A stretch of 51,185 nucleotides of DNA from an uncultured Candidatus Saccharibacteria bacterium (GCA_964579475.1 CAZOFP010000002.1:8507-59691); one strand, 5' to 3'. Shown: positions 8,628 through 19,243, numbered from the stretch's first letter. Translations and numbers: made by a program. The notes: a model not told the origin generated them from the sequence alone.

Positions 8628-10661
8628 TTACGCCGTTGATTTTAAACTGTTTGGTTTCGGTCGCACCCCGCCAGCACCTATTTCGTTCACCACAGAGATA
8701 ACCACTGGAGTACCTTTAGTCTCATCGAACAGAATATGCGCTACGTCTTCTCGTATCTCTTTTTTTAGAACATCTAGGTCTTTAGGAGCGCCTTTGCTGT
8801 AGGCTCTGGCGGCTTTTTGCTTGAGATACTGACGAATTTTGCCCATCAGTTTTTCGCTGTCTTTGAGGTAGATGAACCCGCGAGAAATTATGTCTGGGCT
8901 AGACGCTAGACGGCCAGTCTTTTTGTCTATAGTTAGGATAACCGTGAAGATCCCCTCTGTAGACATATGAAGCCTATCTTTTAGCACCACCTCTGAAACT
9001 TCACTCCCCGAGTCATCAATCATGATACTACCAACTTTAACTCTGCCAGTCTTTGCAGCAGCGTTTGCTGTAAGTTCAAGCACGTCGCCACCATCCATAA
9101 CAAAAGCGTTTTCAAGTTTCACGCCACCATCTTTAACTGCAAGCTCGGCGTTACGAACTAGCATATGGTACTCACCATGAATAGGCATGTAGAATTTTGG
9201 TTTAATAATCTTCAACAACTTTACGTGGTCGTCGTAATTACCGTGTCCACTAATATGAAGCGGGCCGCAACCATCAAGCTCTCTAGTGCGATTTTCAATT
9301 ACTTTTGAGCCTTCGCGCATTAACCCATCGACTGTTCGTACTACATTTTTCTCGTTACCAGGGATTGGGTTGGAACTAAACACTACAGTATCACTTGGTT
9401 TCACCTTAATGTGCCTATGTGAGCCAGTAGCCATGCGTGCTAAAACCGCGTTGAGTTCACCCTGCGATCCAGTACCAACCACCACAATCTTATTGTCCGG
9501 AAGCTTAATAATGTCGTCCATACGAACGATAGTATCTTTGGGAACCTTAATTACACCCGCACGCAGCGCTACTTCAAGATTCTGAAGCATGCTGTAGCCA
9601 GCGAAAGCCACTTTTCTATCATGCTTCTTGGACATGTCCAAAACGGATTGTATTCGATGAATCTGTGATGAAAAAGCGGAGATTATAACCCGGCCTTTCG
9701 AACTACCGATAAGTTTATCAAAGGTGTCAGCAATCTCTGGTTCACCAAATTCAATAGGTTTTTTATTTTCACAGTTAGTGCTCTCATTCATAAAGAGTAA
9801 TACACCCTCTTTGTCGGCAATTTCTTTAAAGCGATCAAAATCGAACTTTAAACCATCGGAAGGTTTTTCTTCAAACCTCCAGTCTCCACTATCGATAACC
9901 ACACCAACCGGTGTACGAATAACAACAGCTGTTGCGTCTGGTATTGAGTGGTTTACTCGTACAAATTCCAGGCTAAATGAGTCGCCGAGTTGCACTCTCT
10001 CGTGCTTCTCTGGGCTCATGACGTTGTACTGCGGTACGTAGCCAGAAGGATCTTCTGACATCTGTCGTTCCAACATACCTAAAGTAAATTTAGAACCATA
10101 AATTGGAGCTGGTAGTTTCTTAATAATGTGTTTTGCAGCGCCGATATGATCCAGGTGGCCGTGAGTAAATATATGCCCACGAATCTTGTGTTTTCTAGCT
10201 TCAAGGTACGATACATCTGGAATCATATAGTTGATTCCTGGGTAATCGTCTCCCGGAAAAAGCATACCCATGTCGATAACGATAATATCGTTGCCGTATT
10301 CTAGGGCTGCCATATTTTTGCCAATCCCCATTTCACCCAAACCACCCAATGGTATAACTTTTAAAGTCTTTTCCTTGGTGATTGGTAGCTTGTTGGCTCG
10401 TCTCATATCGCCAGTTGTAAACTGATGACCCTTGTAGCCATTATAAATGGATTTATTTACCGGAACATCCACGATGTGCTGTGATGCCATCTGATTTACT
10501 AAATCACTGTTTCGTCTAGCCGCCCTGAACACCTCGCCGCGACGCGTGTTAGTTGCTGCCATGATTGAAGTGTCTGGCTTTTTACGTTTATGTTGTTTGT
10601 TTGCTCCCTGCTTATACCTGGAGTCTTTGTTGTTATTGTTGCTGTTATTCTTTTTTTCCAT
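8628..10661 (-). CDS. rnj: Ribonuclease J (long N-terminal extension)
   Basis: PLGGLGEMGIGKN, THGHLDHIG, NHSIPD, GSQGE, HISGH, PIHGE. Confidence 0.96.
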   Translation of the reverse strand: MEKKNNSNNNNKDSRYKQGANKQHKRKKPDTSIMAATNTRRGEVFRAARRNSDLVNQMASQHIVDVPVNKSIYNGYKGHQFTTGDMRRANKLPITKEKTLKVIPLGGLGEMGIGKNMAALEYGNDIIVIDMGMLFPGDDYPGINYMIPDVSYLEARKHKIRGHIFTHGHLDHIGAAKHIIKKLPAPIYGSKFTLGMLERQMSEDPSGYVPQYNVMSPEKHERVQLGDSFSLEFVRVNHSIPDATAVVIRTPVGVVIDSGDWRFEEKPSDGLKFDFDRFKEIADKEGVLLFMNESTNCENKKPIEFGEPEIADTFDKLIGSSKGRVIISAFSSQIHRIQSVLDMSKKHDRKVAFAGYSMLQNLEVALRAGVIKVPKDTIVRMDDIIKLPDNKIVVVGTGSQGELNAVLARMATGSHRHIKVKPSDTVVFSSNPIPGNEKNVVRTVDGLMREGSKVIENRTRELDGCGPLHISGHGNYDDHVKLLKIIKPKFYMPIHGEYHMLVRNAELAVKDGGVKLENAFVMDGGDVLELTANAAAKTGRVKVGSIMIDDSGSEVSEVVLKDRLHMSTEGIFTVILTIDKKTGRLASSPDIISRGFIYLKDSEKLMGKIRQYLKQKAARAYSKGAPKDLDVLKKEIREDVAHILFDETKGTPVVISVVNEIGAGGVRPKPNSLKSTA

Positions 10662-10708
10662 ATTACCTTTCTAATAAGTACTTATGAGAATTATTTTTTA
10701 TAAACTAA

Positions 10709-11275
10709 TTAAATTAACTTGAGAATAGCTGGTATCTTTTTGAAATCGTCTATCAGAGTGCTTCGTAGCCCGCCGTTGTAAAGCGCTGCTGCTGGGTGAT
10801 AGAGCGGTAAATACACTATTCCCTTTTTACGTCTTGGTTGCCCGTGAACTTCGGATATTCGCATGCCCGGCAGGAAGTGTTCCATTGAGTGTCTGCCTAG
10901 TGTGACGATAATTTTCGGCTCAATGATTGCCAGCTGCTTATCTAAGTACGGATTGAACGCCTCTTTCTCGGCGGGTAGTGGGTCTCGATTATTTGGCGGC
11001 CTATATTTCACGATATTTGTGATGTAAACGTCTGAGCGTTCAAGACCTGCTTCGGCCAGCATTTCATCTAGAAATTTACCTGCGGCACCAACAAACGGCT
11101 TACCGGTTTCATCTTCTTTCTTTCCAGGGGCTTCGCCAATGAAAACTACATCGGCATCGACGTTTCCGTCGCCCATTACAAGTTGCTTGGCTGATTGAGC
11201 CAATTCTGGACAGACATTATCTTTCACAATGTCTGCCGCAAGCTGGTTCAAAGCTGCTTCTTTTTTTGCACTCAA
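10709..11275 (-). CDS. Uracil-DNA glycosylase, family 4-like
   Basis: IGEAPG, GKPFVGAAG, NIVKYRPPNNRDP, YHPAAALY. Confidence 0.92.
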   Translation of the reverse strand: MSAKKEAALNQLAADIVKDNVCPELAQSAKQLVMGDGNVDADVVFIGEAPGKKEDETGKPFVGAAGKFLDEMLAEAGLERSDVYITNIVKYRPPNNRDPLPAEKEAFNPYLDKQLAIIEPKIIVTLGRHSMEHFLPGMRISEVHGQPRRKKGIVYLPLYHPAAALYNGGLRSTLIDDFKKIPAILKLI

Positions 11276-11300
11276 GGGGTTATTAAACCCTTTCTGTTAG

Positions 11301-13412
11301 TTACTTTTTAGCGTCTTTCATCGAGAGATTTAATCGCCCTCGATCGTCTATTGCTGTTAGTTTAACATCAACTGCATCACCTTCGCTAACTATGTCTGAC
11401 ACTTTCTCGACTCTTCCTTCGCCCATCTCTGAAATATGTACCAGTCCGTCCTGTCCAGGAAGTATTTGCACGAATGCACCAAATTCCATCAGTTTAACTA
11501 CTTTGCCTGGGTAAGTCTTACCTACTTCAGGAACTGCGGTTAGGTCTTTTATCCATTTAAGAGCTGCGTCGATTGATTTCTTATCTACGGCAGAAACGTT
11601 GACTATTCCACCGTCACGAATATCGATTTCAGCACCGGTTTCGTCGATGATTTTGTTTATCATCTCACCGCCCTTGCCGATGATATCTCGGACTTTCTCT
11701 TCAGGAACTTCGATGGTTACTATTCTTGGCGCGGTTGGTGCAAGTTCTTTGCGTGGGCCACTGAGGGTCTCGAGCATACTCTTTAGTATATGGATACGAC
11801 CCTCGCGCGCTTGTTCAAGAGCCTCTTTGAGCGTCTTCGTGCTAAGACCATCCACTTTAATATCCATCTGCATAGCAGTAATACCCTTGGGCGAACCTGC
11901 TACCTTAAAATCCATATCGCCCGCAAAGTCTTCTGCTCCCTGAATATCAGACAGAACTACCATTTTTCCTTTGCCGTCACTCATGAGCCCCATGGCTATG
12001 CCAGATACTGGTCGTTTGATTGGCACACCAGCGTCCATAAGCGTCAAAACGCTAGAACAAACCGAGGCCATAGATGTCGAACCGTTAGATGTCATTAACT
12101 CAGAAACCAGTCGAATCGTATACGGAAAATCTTCTGTGTTAGGTAGCATCGGTCGAACTGCTCGCTCTGCCAGATATCCATGTCCAATTTCTCGTCGCCC
12201 CGGACTGCGTGGTCGTCTAACTTCACCGACCGTGAAGCCTGGCATGTTGTAGTGGTGCATAAATGTTTTTTCCTCGTCTCGTTCCATTGTATCCACCATT
12301 TGTGCGTAACTTAGGGGGGCTAGTGTTGCAATATTGAGTGCCTGGGTGGAACCTCTGGTAAATATTGAGGAGCCGTGAACGTTTGGCAATACTCCTACCT
12401 CTGAGCTCAGTGGTCGAATTGTTGTAGCGTCACGCTCATCTGGTCTTATACCTTCTTCTAAGATTGCTCGTCTGAGTTCTTTCTTAATAGCTGCGCCAAA
12501 AGCTTCTTTGTAAGCTCTAGCATCTTTCTCTTCGTCGTCCCCGACTAATTCTTCAAGCATAGCCTCTCTTAAGGTTGCCACTTTCTCGTCGCGCTCTAGT
12601 TTGTTCTTGCCACGCACCTTGTCGCCTAGCTTACCTTTCAAGAATTCGTCGACTTCTTCAGCGATAGTATTGTCTACCTCTGGTTCTTCGTATTCATCTT
12701 TGACGATTTTCATTTTTTTGGCGAGCTCTACCTGTAGGGCAATAGCTGGTTGCATCTCTTTATGGGCCAACTCCAGGGCTTCCACTATCTTTGCTTCGTC
12801 AACTTCATCGGCTCCGGCTTCTACCATCATCACCGCTTCGGCTGTTCCGGCAACTACTAGATCCAACTTACTCTCTTCCAATTGAGCTTTTGTCGGATTA
12901 GCAATGAGTTTGTCGTCAATAAGGCCAATTCGCATACTACCAATTGGGCCCCGGAAAGGAGCTTTTGTTAAGTTAAGTGCAGCTGAAACAGCAATCATAG
13001 CAATGATGTCTGGCTTCACCTCTTTGTCAACGGAAAGCACGGTTGCGATACCCTGAACTTCATTCATGTAACTGTCTGGGAACAGGGGTCGGATTGGCCG
13101 ATCGATTAATCTAGACGTAAGCACAGCATCGTCCGAAGGACGACCTTCTCGTTTTATGAAACGGCTGCCAGAGATTTTTCCAGCTGCATACATTTTTTCT
13201 TCATAATCTATAGACAGCGGGAAATAGCCTAGGTTTGGCGTGTCTTCAGAGACTCCTGCAACACCCATAATTACGGTATTGCCGCAGGTAACCATTACTG
13301 CTCCCTGAGCTAGGAACGCCAGGCGTCCAGTTTCCATTGTAAGCGTGCGTCCTGCAAACTGCGTTTCGACACGGATAATATCCTTCCCGAAGGGGTTTAT
13401 TGTTTGACTCAT
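11301..13412 (-). CDS. pnp: Polyribonucleotide nucleotidyltransferase
   Basis: RLIDRPIRPLFP, RREIGHG, SNGSTSMASVC, GDMDFKVAG, KH and S1 domains. Confidence 0.98.
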   Translation of the reverse strand: MSQTINPFGKDIIRVETQFAGRTLTMETGRLAFLAQGAVMVTCGNTVIMGVAGVSEDTPNLGYFPLSIDYEEKMYAAGKISGSRFIKREGRPSDDAVLTSRLIDRPIRPLFPDSYMNEVQGIATVLSVDKEVKPDIIAMIAVSAALNLTKAPFRGPIGSMRIGLIDDKLIANPTKAQLEESKLDLVVAGTAEAVMMVEAGADEVDEAKIVEALELAHKEMQPAIALQVELAKKMKIVKDEYEEPEVDNTIAEEVDEFLKGKLGDKVRGKNKLERDEKVATLREAMLEELVGDDEEKDARAYKEAFGAAIKKELRRAILEEGIRPDERDATTIRPLSSEVGVLPNVHGSSIFTRGSTQALNIATLAPLSYAQMVDTMERDEEKTFMHHYNMPGFTVGEVRRPRSPGRREIGHGYLAERAVRPMLPNTEDFPYTIRLVSELMTSNGSTSMASVCSSVLTLMDAGVPIKRPVSGIAMGLMSDGKGKMVVLSDIQGAEDFAGDMDFKVAGSPKGITAMQMDIKVDGLSTKTLKEALEQAREGRIHILKSMLETLSGPRKELAPTAPRIVTIEVPEEKVRDIIGKGGEMINKIIDETGAEIDIRDGGIVNVSAVDKKSIDAALKWIKDLTAVPEVGKTYPGKVVKLMEFGAFVQILPGQDGLVHISEMGEGRVEKVSDIVSEGDAVDVKLTAIDDRGRLNLSMKDAKK

Positions 13413-13568
13413 TGTTCTCCTTTCGAGCCATAAGAGACAGGGGTCAATCAGAGAAGATTTCTTGTTCTTTCCTAACTGAATCTCTACCGCTTATAACTCT
13501 AGTTGTTATTCGTAGCTAAATACTACTACCTGACCTTTATTCTACCGTAAAAGGGCGGCTACTAGTAT

Positions 13569-13835
13569 CTATCCGCGCAGCTTAAGCTTCTTTGTGAGCT
13601 TTTCGTGTGCAGCGAAATCGTTTTCTTTTAAGTAGCTGAGTAATCTCTTTCGTTTACCCACCATCTGCAGTAATCCACGGCGTGAATGGTTGTCTTTCTT
13701 GTGCGTCTTGAGATGCTCGGTAAGTTCAGTTATTCGTGCAGTAAGAATACCAATCTGAACCTCTGTTGATCCAGTGTCGTTTTTACCTTTTTGCAGGTCT
13801 TTAATAACCTTTGATTTTTCCTCAGTGCTTATCAT
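13569..13835 (-). CDS. rpsO: 30S ribosomal protein S15
   Basis: [34 protein letters not shown]; start refined to ATG 13835. Confidence 0.97.
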   Translation of the reverse strand: MISTEEKSKVIKDLQKGKNDTGSTEVQIGILTARITELTEHLKTHKKDNHSRRGLLQMVGKRKRLLSYLKENDFAAHEKLTKKLKLRG

Positions 13836-13866
13836 ACGGTGTCCAACTGTAGCAAAGTTTAACCCT

Positions 13867-14580
13867 TTAATCAAGGGGTGATAGGCCGTCTATAATCGTC
13901 TGGAAATCAATGTCCTCAACCGAAACAGCATCGATAACGTTAAATTTACCTATTTCAGTTCGTCGAAGACTACTCATGTAGGCACCCACACCCAAGTCTC
14001 TGCCGATGTCCTCGACTAGTGACCTAATGTAGGTACCACTGGATACTTTCGCGTCAAAATTCAGCTGTGGCCACCGATAAGACAGATCTTTAATTTCATA
14101 AATAGTCACCTTGCGTGAGCTTAGCTCCACTTTTTTACCAGCCCTAGCTAACTTGTACGCCCTGGTTCCATCTACTTTAACCGCTGAGAATTTGTGCGGC
14201 GTCTGATCTATTTCGCCGACAAACTTGGCTACCACGTCTTGTACTTCGCTTAAGGACGGCTGCTCGGCAGATTGATTAATAGTGATATCGCCCTCGCTAT
14301 CACCGGTAGTGCTAGTAGCTCCGAATAATGAACCAACTTCGTATGTCTTGTCGTTCTTAACAATTTTCTCAAGTTTTTTAGTCGCACTACCGATCGCTAG
14401 GACAAGCAAGCCTGTCGCCTTCGGATCTAGCGTACCGCTGTGGCCAACTTTAATCGATTTTGCTCTCACGCCTAAACCGCCAGCAAGCGTGTGTCGAACT
14501 TTGTTTACTACGTCGAACGAAGTCCAATCAACTGGCTTGTCTGCAAGCAAGAACCCACTTGGCACTATTGTTTGTTCCAT
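13867..14580 (-). CDS. truB: tRNA pseudouridine(55) synthase
   Basis: [42 protein letters not shown]. Confidence 0.96.
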   Translation of the reverse strand: MEQTIVPSGFLLADKPVDWTSFDVVNKVRHTLAGGLGVRAKSIKVGHSGTLDPKATGLLVLAIGSATKKLEKIVKNDKTYEVGSLFGATSTTGDSEGDITINQSAEQPSLSEVQDVVAKFVGEIDQTPHKFSAVKVDGTRAYKLARAGKKVELSSRKVTIYEIKDLSYRWPQLNFDAKVSSGTYIRSLVEDIGRDLGVGAYMSSLRRTEIGKFNVIDAVSVEDIDFQTIIDGLSPLD

Positions 14581-14582
14581 TA

Positions 14583-16175
14583 CTAAAGAACGGTTGGTGT
14601 ATTTGGGTCTTCTGGTGGCTGCCCTGGAGCACCCGGCATACTAACCATGCCATTATCGTCTATGTTGATTTGTTGAGATTGTTCCTCTAGTGGCATAGGT
14701 TGGGAACCGATGTTCTCTGCTGGATTATTCGACGGGTTAAACGGCTGGCTATTTACGGCATTGCTTACTGCATTTCTCGCGGCATCGACATTAGCTGCAC
14801 CAGCTCCCTCTTCCTGCAGATAGCCGTTTCTGGGCTGTATCGACGGCGCTTGTGCTGTCGGGCTTGCTGGTTCTTGCGTGTCTCCGTCCGAATGGTGCAA
14901 AATTGTGCTTCTTAGTTCTTTTTGTCTTTGTTTTTCCGTCTCATCATGTGCATCTGATGATGTCGCATTAAATGTTCCACCCATCAATGGTTTTTCTTCC
15001 TGTTCTATGATATTACCCTGACCCTTAACATCGTTGATTTGAGGTGTGTCTGTAGCCAGCGGCATGGCTGAACTGACACCTTCAGACTCAGACGGTTGAA
15101 TAGATGGCAAAGATAACTCTTGCTTCGTCGGATTCGGCTCGGGCGGAGCTTTTGCACTGCCACTTATGGCTGCAATTTCGTTCTCTAAGTCTTTTAGGGA
15201 TTTATGCGATTGTTCGTCTGTTAACTTACTAGTATTAATTCCTGGCTCCGGTACTACCCTCGATGACGAGTCTATAGAGGCAGGAATGTCACTGGCTACA
15301 GGAGTAGGTGGCAACGGAGCTGATGAAGCGACATTTGGTCTTAACTTTACTTCATTCGCCTGCTCTTTTGATGGCTGGTTAGAAACACCCGTCTTTAAAC
15401 TTACTTCTGTTTCTGATTGAACCTTGGGCACTATTTGCAGTTCATTTGCGATTAATTGCTGGTTGGCACCTGCCGCCATTAACTGAGCTGACATCGTCAT
15501 AACCTTAGGAGATGTTTTGTTGTTACTAAACCGTTCTGTAGCTGCAACAATCCCCGTTAAGTAGGCTGTACTTATCTGCTGATCGAGCAGCCCAGAGCCA
15601 AACGACTCACTAACACTAACTAACATCTCGCAGAGCGAGCTAGCCGCATCGTCAGACCAGTTCACTGCACCGAGTTTACTTTTTGTAGCTCCAGTGTTCA
15701 CTGTCACTACTGTCGAATCGTGCAGTATTCGTCCATGCGCTTTAATCGCATTATCTAAATCTTCACGCTCCTCTACACCAAGAGCAACTACTACATCAAC
15801 GTTGAAATCGCCCTGTGAAAATTGAAAATCGTCTTTGGTAATTTTTGTCCTGTAGGGCGTGATGAATATTCTGACGACGTCATCTTCAACTTTATACCTA
15901 AGCTTATCGGCTTTCTCCTTGTCGAGTGCGATTATGAAATCTCGTAAGCTGTCTACGTTACTTTCTAGTGTCTTGTCAGGTTCGAGAAATTTAATTGCCT
16001 CTGGAACCATACCGCTAAAAACGGCCGTGGCGTGTTTTTCTAACTTTGAAAGCATTAATGTCAGCCCTAGAGCCGCAGAAAGTTGATCCACGGAGGGGTT
16101 TGAACTAACAGTAACTAGAACATTCGTTGCCTGTTTAATGCTCTCTACAGCCTGTTGTTTTGCAGTTTGATCCAT
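14583..16175 (-). CDS. DHH-family (NrnA-like) protein with degenerate motifs and long disordered C-terminus
   Basis: NPSVDQLSAALGL, ASSLCE and GIVAATERF align with DHH motifs; located upstream of truB. Confidence 0.7.
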   Translation of the reverse strand: MDQTAKQQAVESIKQATNVLVTVSSNPSVDQLSAALGLTLMLSKLEKHATAVFSGMVPEAIKFLEPDKTLESNVDSLRDFIIALDKEKADKLRYKVEDDVVRIFITPYRTKITKDDFQFSQGDFNVDVVVALGVEEREDLDNAIKAHGRILHDSTVVTVNTGATKSKLGAVNWSDDAASSLCEMLVSVSESFGSGLLDQQISTAYLTGIVAATERFSNNKTSPKVMTMSAQLMAAGANQQLIANELQIVPKVQSETEVSLKTGVSNQPSKEQANEVKLRPNVASSAPLPPTPVASDIPASIDSSSRVVPEPGINTSKLTDEQSHKSLKDLENEIAAISGSAKAPPEPNPTKQELSLPSIQPSESEGVSSAMPLATDTPQINDVKGQGNIIEQEEKPLMGGTFNATSSDAHDETEKQRQKELRSTILHHSDGDTQEPASPTAQAPSIQPRNGYLQEEGAGAANVDAARNAVSNAVNSQPFNPSNNPAENIGSQPMPLEEQSQQINIDDNGMVSMPGAPGQPPEDPNTPTVL

Positions 16176-16184
16176 AAAATTCCC

Positions 16185-16271
16185 TTAAGTAATGTCTTCG
16201 AGTAGACCTTTTATAAGGGTTTTCGACCTATCAAGCACTGCGGCGATAATGTCTTCTTCTTCGTATGTCAT
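16185..16271 (-). CDS. Possible 28-aa small protein (MTYEEEDIIAAVLDRSKTLIKGLLEDIT)
   Basis: ATG..TAA open frame ending 9 nt before the DHH start; amphipathic-helix pattern; no clear RBS. Confidence 0.3.
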   Translation of the reverse strand: MTYEEEDIIAAVLDRSKTLIKGLLEDIT

Positions 16272-16480
16272 TTTATCTTTTTGTTTTAATGGTGTTTGCT
16301 GTAAATAACGTTAGCACAATAACAGATGTCAGTCAAGTTGAATTATCTGCCAAACCACTTGATGCTGTTGCGTAGCAAAATCGTTAGGCTGCTAAGTTAT
16401 CCAGACATCTGTTGACCACTGATAACAAATCAGCTATAGTAACCCACCGATTCAACAATTGATTAATGGAGTTCTAGTAG

Positions 16481-16807
16481 ATGCCCATCATAAAATCAGC
16501 CGCCAAAAGAGTTAGACAAGCTGAAAAACGACAAAAGCGTAATTTGCAATTCAAGCGTTCTCTTCGCGAAAGCACTAAATCGCTAGAGGCAGCCGTTGCC
16601 GAGAAGCAGCCTAAGAAGAAATTAGACGAACTTCTTGCTAATATCTACGGCGCTTACGATACGGCCGTAAAAAAGAATTTGATTCATAAAAACAAGGCAG
16701 CTAGAAAAAAATCTAGTTATTCTGATTTGGTAAAGTCAGCGTCTACCGCCAAGACCAAGAAAACACCGGTTAAGAAATCTGTCACAAAAAAAGTTACTGC
16801 AAAATAA
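16481..16807 (+). CDS. rpsT: 30S ribosomal protein S20
   Basis: MPIIKSAAKRVRQ, DTAVKKNLIHKNKAARKKS. Confidence 0.96.
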   Translation: MPIIKSAAKRVRQAEKRQKRNLQFKRSLRESTKSLEAAVAEKQPKKKLDELLANIYGAYDTAVKKNLIHKNKAARKKSSYSDLVKSASTAKTKKTPVKKSVTKKVTAK

Positions 16808-16811
16808 ACTA

Positions 16812-17732
16812 CTACAACTTTACGATTAATTGTCTGACCAGTTGATCTGGGTCGACAGATTTAGTCTTTAGCTCTATATCGTATTCAAGAGTCAACAAAG
16901 CCATTTGTTTAATCCGCGAAAAGGAAAATTGCTTAACTATTTGTCGGGTTTTACTGATGGCGTACGGGTTCATACCAAGTTCTGAGGCTATCTCTCTGTC
17001 AGACTTCTTGTTGCCAGATTTTACTGCCAGAAAGTTTGCAACCTGCCAGCACAACATTACCAATATGTAGTGTGCATCAACCTGAGCTTCGGACAATTCT
17101 TCATATTTTTTGAGTGCACCCTTTTTGTCGTCACGTGCTACAAAATCTAGTAAATCAAAGATATTATCGTCGGGTGCCCTATCCACAAGCAGCTTGACTG
17201 ACTCTCTAGTAATCGTTTTGTCGTAGCCAACTAATTTGTCTAACTCCGATGCAATCTTGAGTTGATTACCTTTGGTCATTTCTATAAGTAATTTCGCACT
17301 GCCTGGTGCGAAGTTTGCCATCTTCTCACCTGCCCGCTCTATCATCCACTTGATGAGCTCAGGCTCGCTGAGATTATTAAACTCCTTCGTCGAGCTATGT
17401 TTCTTTATAATCTTGTACAGCTTCGAGCGTTTATCTATCTTTGGTTCGTAGATTATTAGTTGTGTTTCGCTTGGAATAGTTTTGATTAAATCTGCTAGCC
17501 TGTCTCTGAGCTCGTTATTTTTACCAAACCTTTTTATGGCAATCATTTGGTCGCCAGTACTAAAAAGTGATTGTGCGCTCAGTGATTCCTCCACTGTATC
17601 GACAGCTGCATTTTGACCATCAAAAACCTGAAGTGTCTGCTTGGAGTTAGCCGCCACAAAGTCTTTTAGTGCAGCCATATAAAATTCATTTGCACCGAAC
17701 TCGTTTTCGCCGTGGATAAGTAATACTGACAT
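16812..17732 (-). CDS. holA: DNA polymerase III subunit delta
   Basis: LLIHGENEF start, SLFS, IDKRSKLYK, ELDKL, NIFDLLD, DIELKT; adjacent to rpsT. Confidence 0.88.
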   Translation of the reverse strand: MSVLLIHGENEFGANEFYMAALKDFVAANSKQTLQVFDGQNAAVDTVEESLSAQSLFSTGDQMIAIKRFGKNNELRDRLADLIKTIPSETQLIIYEPKIDKRSKLYKIIKKHSSTKEFNNLSEPELIKWMIERAGEKMANFAPGSAKLLIEMTKGNQLKIASELDKLVGYDKTITRESVKLLVDRAPDDNIFDLLDFVARDDKKGALKKYEELSEAQVDAHYILVMLCWQVANFLAVKSGNKKSDREIASELGMNPYAISKTRQIVKQFSFSRIKQMALLTLEYDIELKTKSVDPDQLVRQLIVKL

Positions 17733-17775
17733 ACGTATGAGTATTGTATTGGCTTGCGGGATTAAATGAAATTGC

Positions 17776-18657
17776 TTATGTATCTTTTGGCGGTTTTTGG
17801 CATGTTGCGCAGAAATGAGTGCCCCGCCCAGCAACCTTAATTTTTCGTATTTTTTGGCCACATCGATGACAACTTTCGTCTTCTCTTCGAAAGACCTTGG
17901 CAAACTTCAAATAACTACCCTTCTTGCCCTGGGCGTCGACATAATTTTTGTCGGTCGATCCACCCGCTTCAATACCTATATTTAGTACCTCGACGATAGC
18001 CTTCCGGAGTTTGACTAGTTGACTATCGCTCAGTTGATAAACTCTGGTCTGAGGATGAATTTTCGCCGTCCATAGTGCCTCGTCTGCATAGATGTTGCCA
18101 ACCCCCGCTAGAACCGTTTGATCCAAGATGACTGGTTTAATCTGACTTTTGTTTCTTCGACGGACTTGTTTGATAAATACTTCATTTGTAAACGCTTTTT
18201 CAAGCGGCTCTGGTCCAAGTTTTTTTATAAACTCAAAATTCTCAATTTCGGGCGTGGGAATTAGTTTTATCCAACCAAAAACACGCTGGTCGTTAAAGAA
18301 TAACTTGCCCTTATCGAGCGTAAAGATAACTCGCGTTGTAGTGTCTGGCAACGACGAGATAAGGCTATCGTTTGGGTGCCCTGCACCAAATCTATCACCT
18401 TTTTCCGAACGATAAACTAACTGACCGGTCATTTTAAGATGAATCGCCATCGTGTAGTTGCTGCTGAGCTCTATGAGTAATAATTTTGCTCGCCTAGAAA
18501 CACTCGTCACTTTAGCGCCAATCAAAAAAGCATTCGCGCTACTCTTGTCGCTTTGAAACGACTTTTTTCTTAGCACATCGAGTTTAAGTATGCGCTGTCC
18601 AACCAAATAATTACTTAATCCTCGTTTTACCGTCTCAACCTCTGGTAGTTCGGGCAT
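17776..18657 (-). CDS. mutM: Formamidopyrimidine-DNA glycosylase
   Basis: MPELPEVET, RRAKLL, HLKMTG, GVGNIYADE, C-terminal CHRC..CATCQ zinc finger. Confidence 0.97.
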   Translation of the reverse strand: MPELPEVETVKRGLSNYLVGQRILKLDVLRKKSFQSDKSSANAFLIGAKVTSVSRRAKLLLIELSSNYTMAIHLKMTGQLVYRSEKGDRFGAGHPNDSLISSLPDTTTRVIFTLDKGKLFFNDQRVFGWIKLIPTPEIENFEFIKKLGPEPLEKAFTNEVFIKQVRRRNKSQIKPVILDQTVLAGVGNIYADEALWTAKIHPQTRVYQLSDSQLVKLRKAIVEVLNIGIEAGGSTDKNYVDAQGKKGSYLKFAKVFRREDESCHRCGQKIRKIKVAGRGTHFCATCQKPPKDT

Positions 18658-19236
18658 TTATATTACCCCTAAGTCCTTCAGGTCTACTCGTAGTTGCTCC
18701 ATATCACTAAATTTTATCGTTGTTAGACCTGCTTCTTTTGCACCTTTAATGTGACGGTGGCTGTCGTCAATTACCAATGTTGTACTCAAAGTACCACCTA
18801 GCTGCTTTACCATGAACAAAAATGCATTTTTGGCTGGTTTGATAAATTTTGTATCGGATGAAGACTGGACAACATCAAAATACGCCTGCACGCCACCAAC
18901 AGAAGCAAGTGCTTCGTCTATGGCCTGTCTTGAGCCGTTTGATAGCAAACCAACCTTATATTTTCCCCTTAGATTATCAATTAGCCCAAGTGCTGAATAA
19001 TTAATACTTGGCTCTACGTTAACTGCTAATTGCTCTGGATATTTTGAATCTTCTGCGAGCTCGCTGACCTGCGCCAGCAACTCCAGGTTAGTTATTTCGC
19101 CAATGTTTGCACTGCTAACGATTCTTCGGAACTCTTCGGCCTTTTTACTATCAGTTTTAATACGCTGGTCGACTACATCCCAGTTGAGATTACTATAAAT
19201 AACCCCGTAAAAATCGAAGATAATCGCTTCTATCAT
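18658..19236 (-). CDS. HAD-family hydrolase
   Basis: AIIFDFYGVI, LLSNG, KP, IDDS motifs. Confidence 0.88.
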   Translation of the reverse strand: MIEAIIFDFYGVIYSNLNWDVVDQRIKTDSKKAEEFRRIVSSANIGEITNLELLAQVSELAEDSKYPEQLAVNVEPSINYSALGLIDNLRGKYKVGLLSNGSRQAIDEALASVGGVQAYFDVVQSSSDTKFIKPAKNAFLFMVKQLGGTLSTTLVIDDSHRHIKGAKEAGLTTIKFSDMEQLRVDLKDLGVI

Positions 19237-19243
19237 TGCTGGT

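Noticed and set aside
13413-13568. RNase III-type leader hairpin between rpsO and pnp
   Set aside because: Only short, weak complementarity (ggtca..tgacc, agatt..aatct); not supportable without folding.
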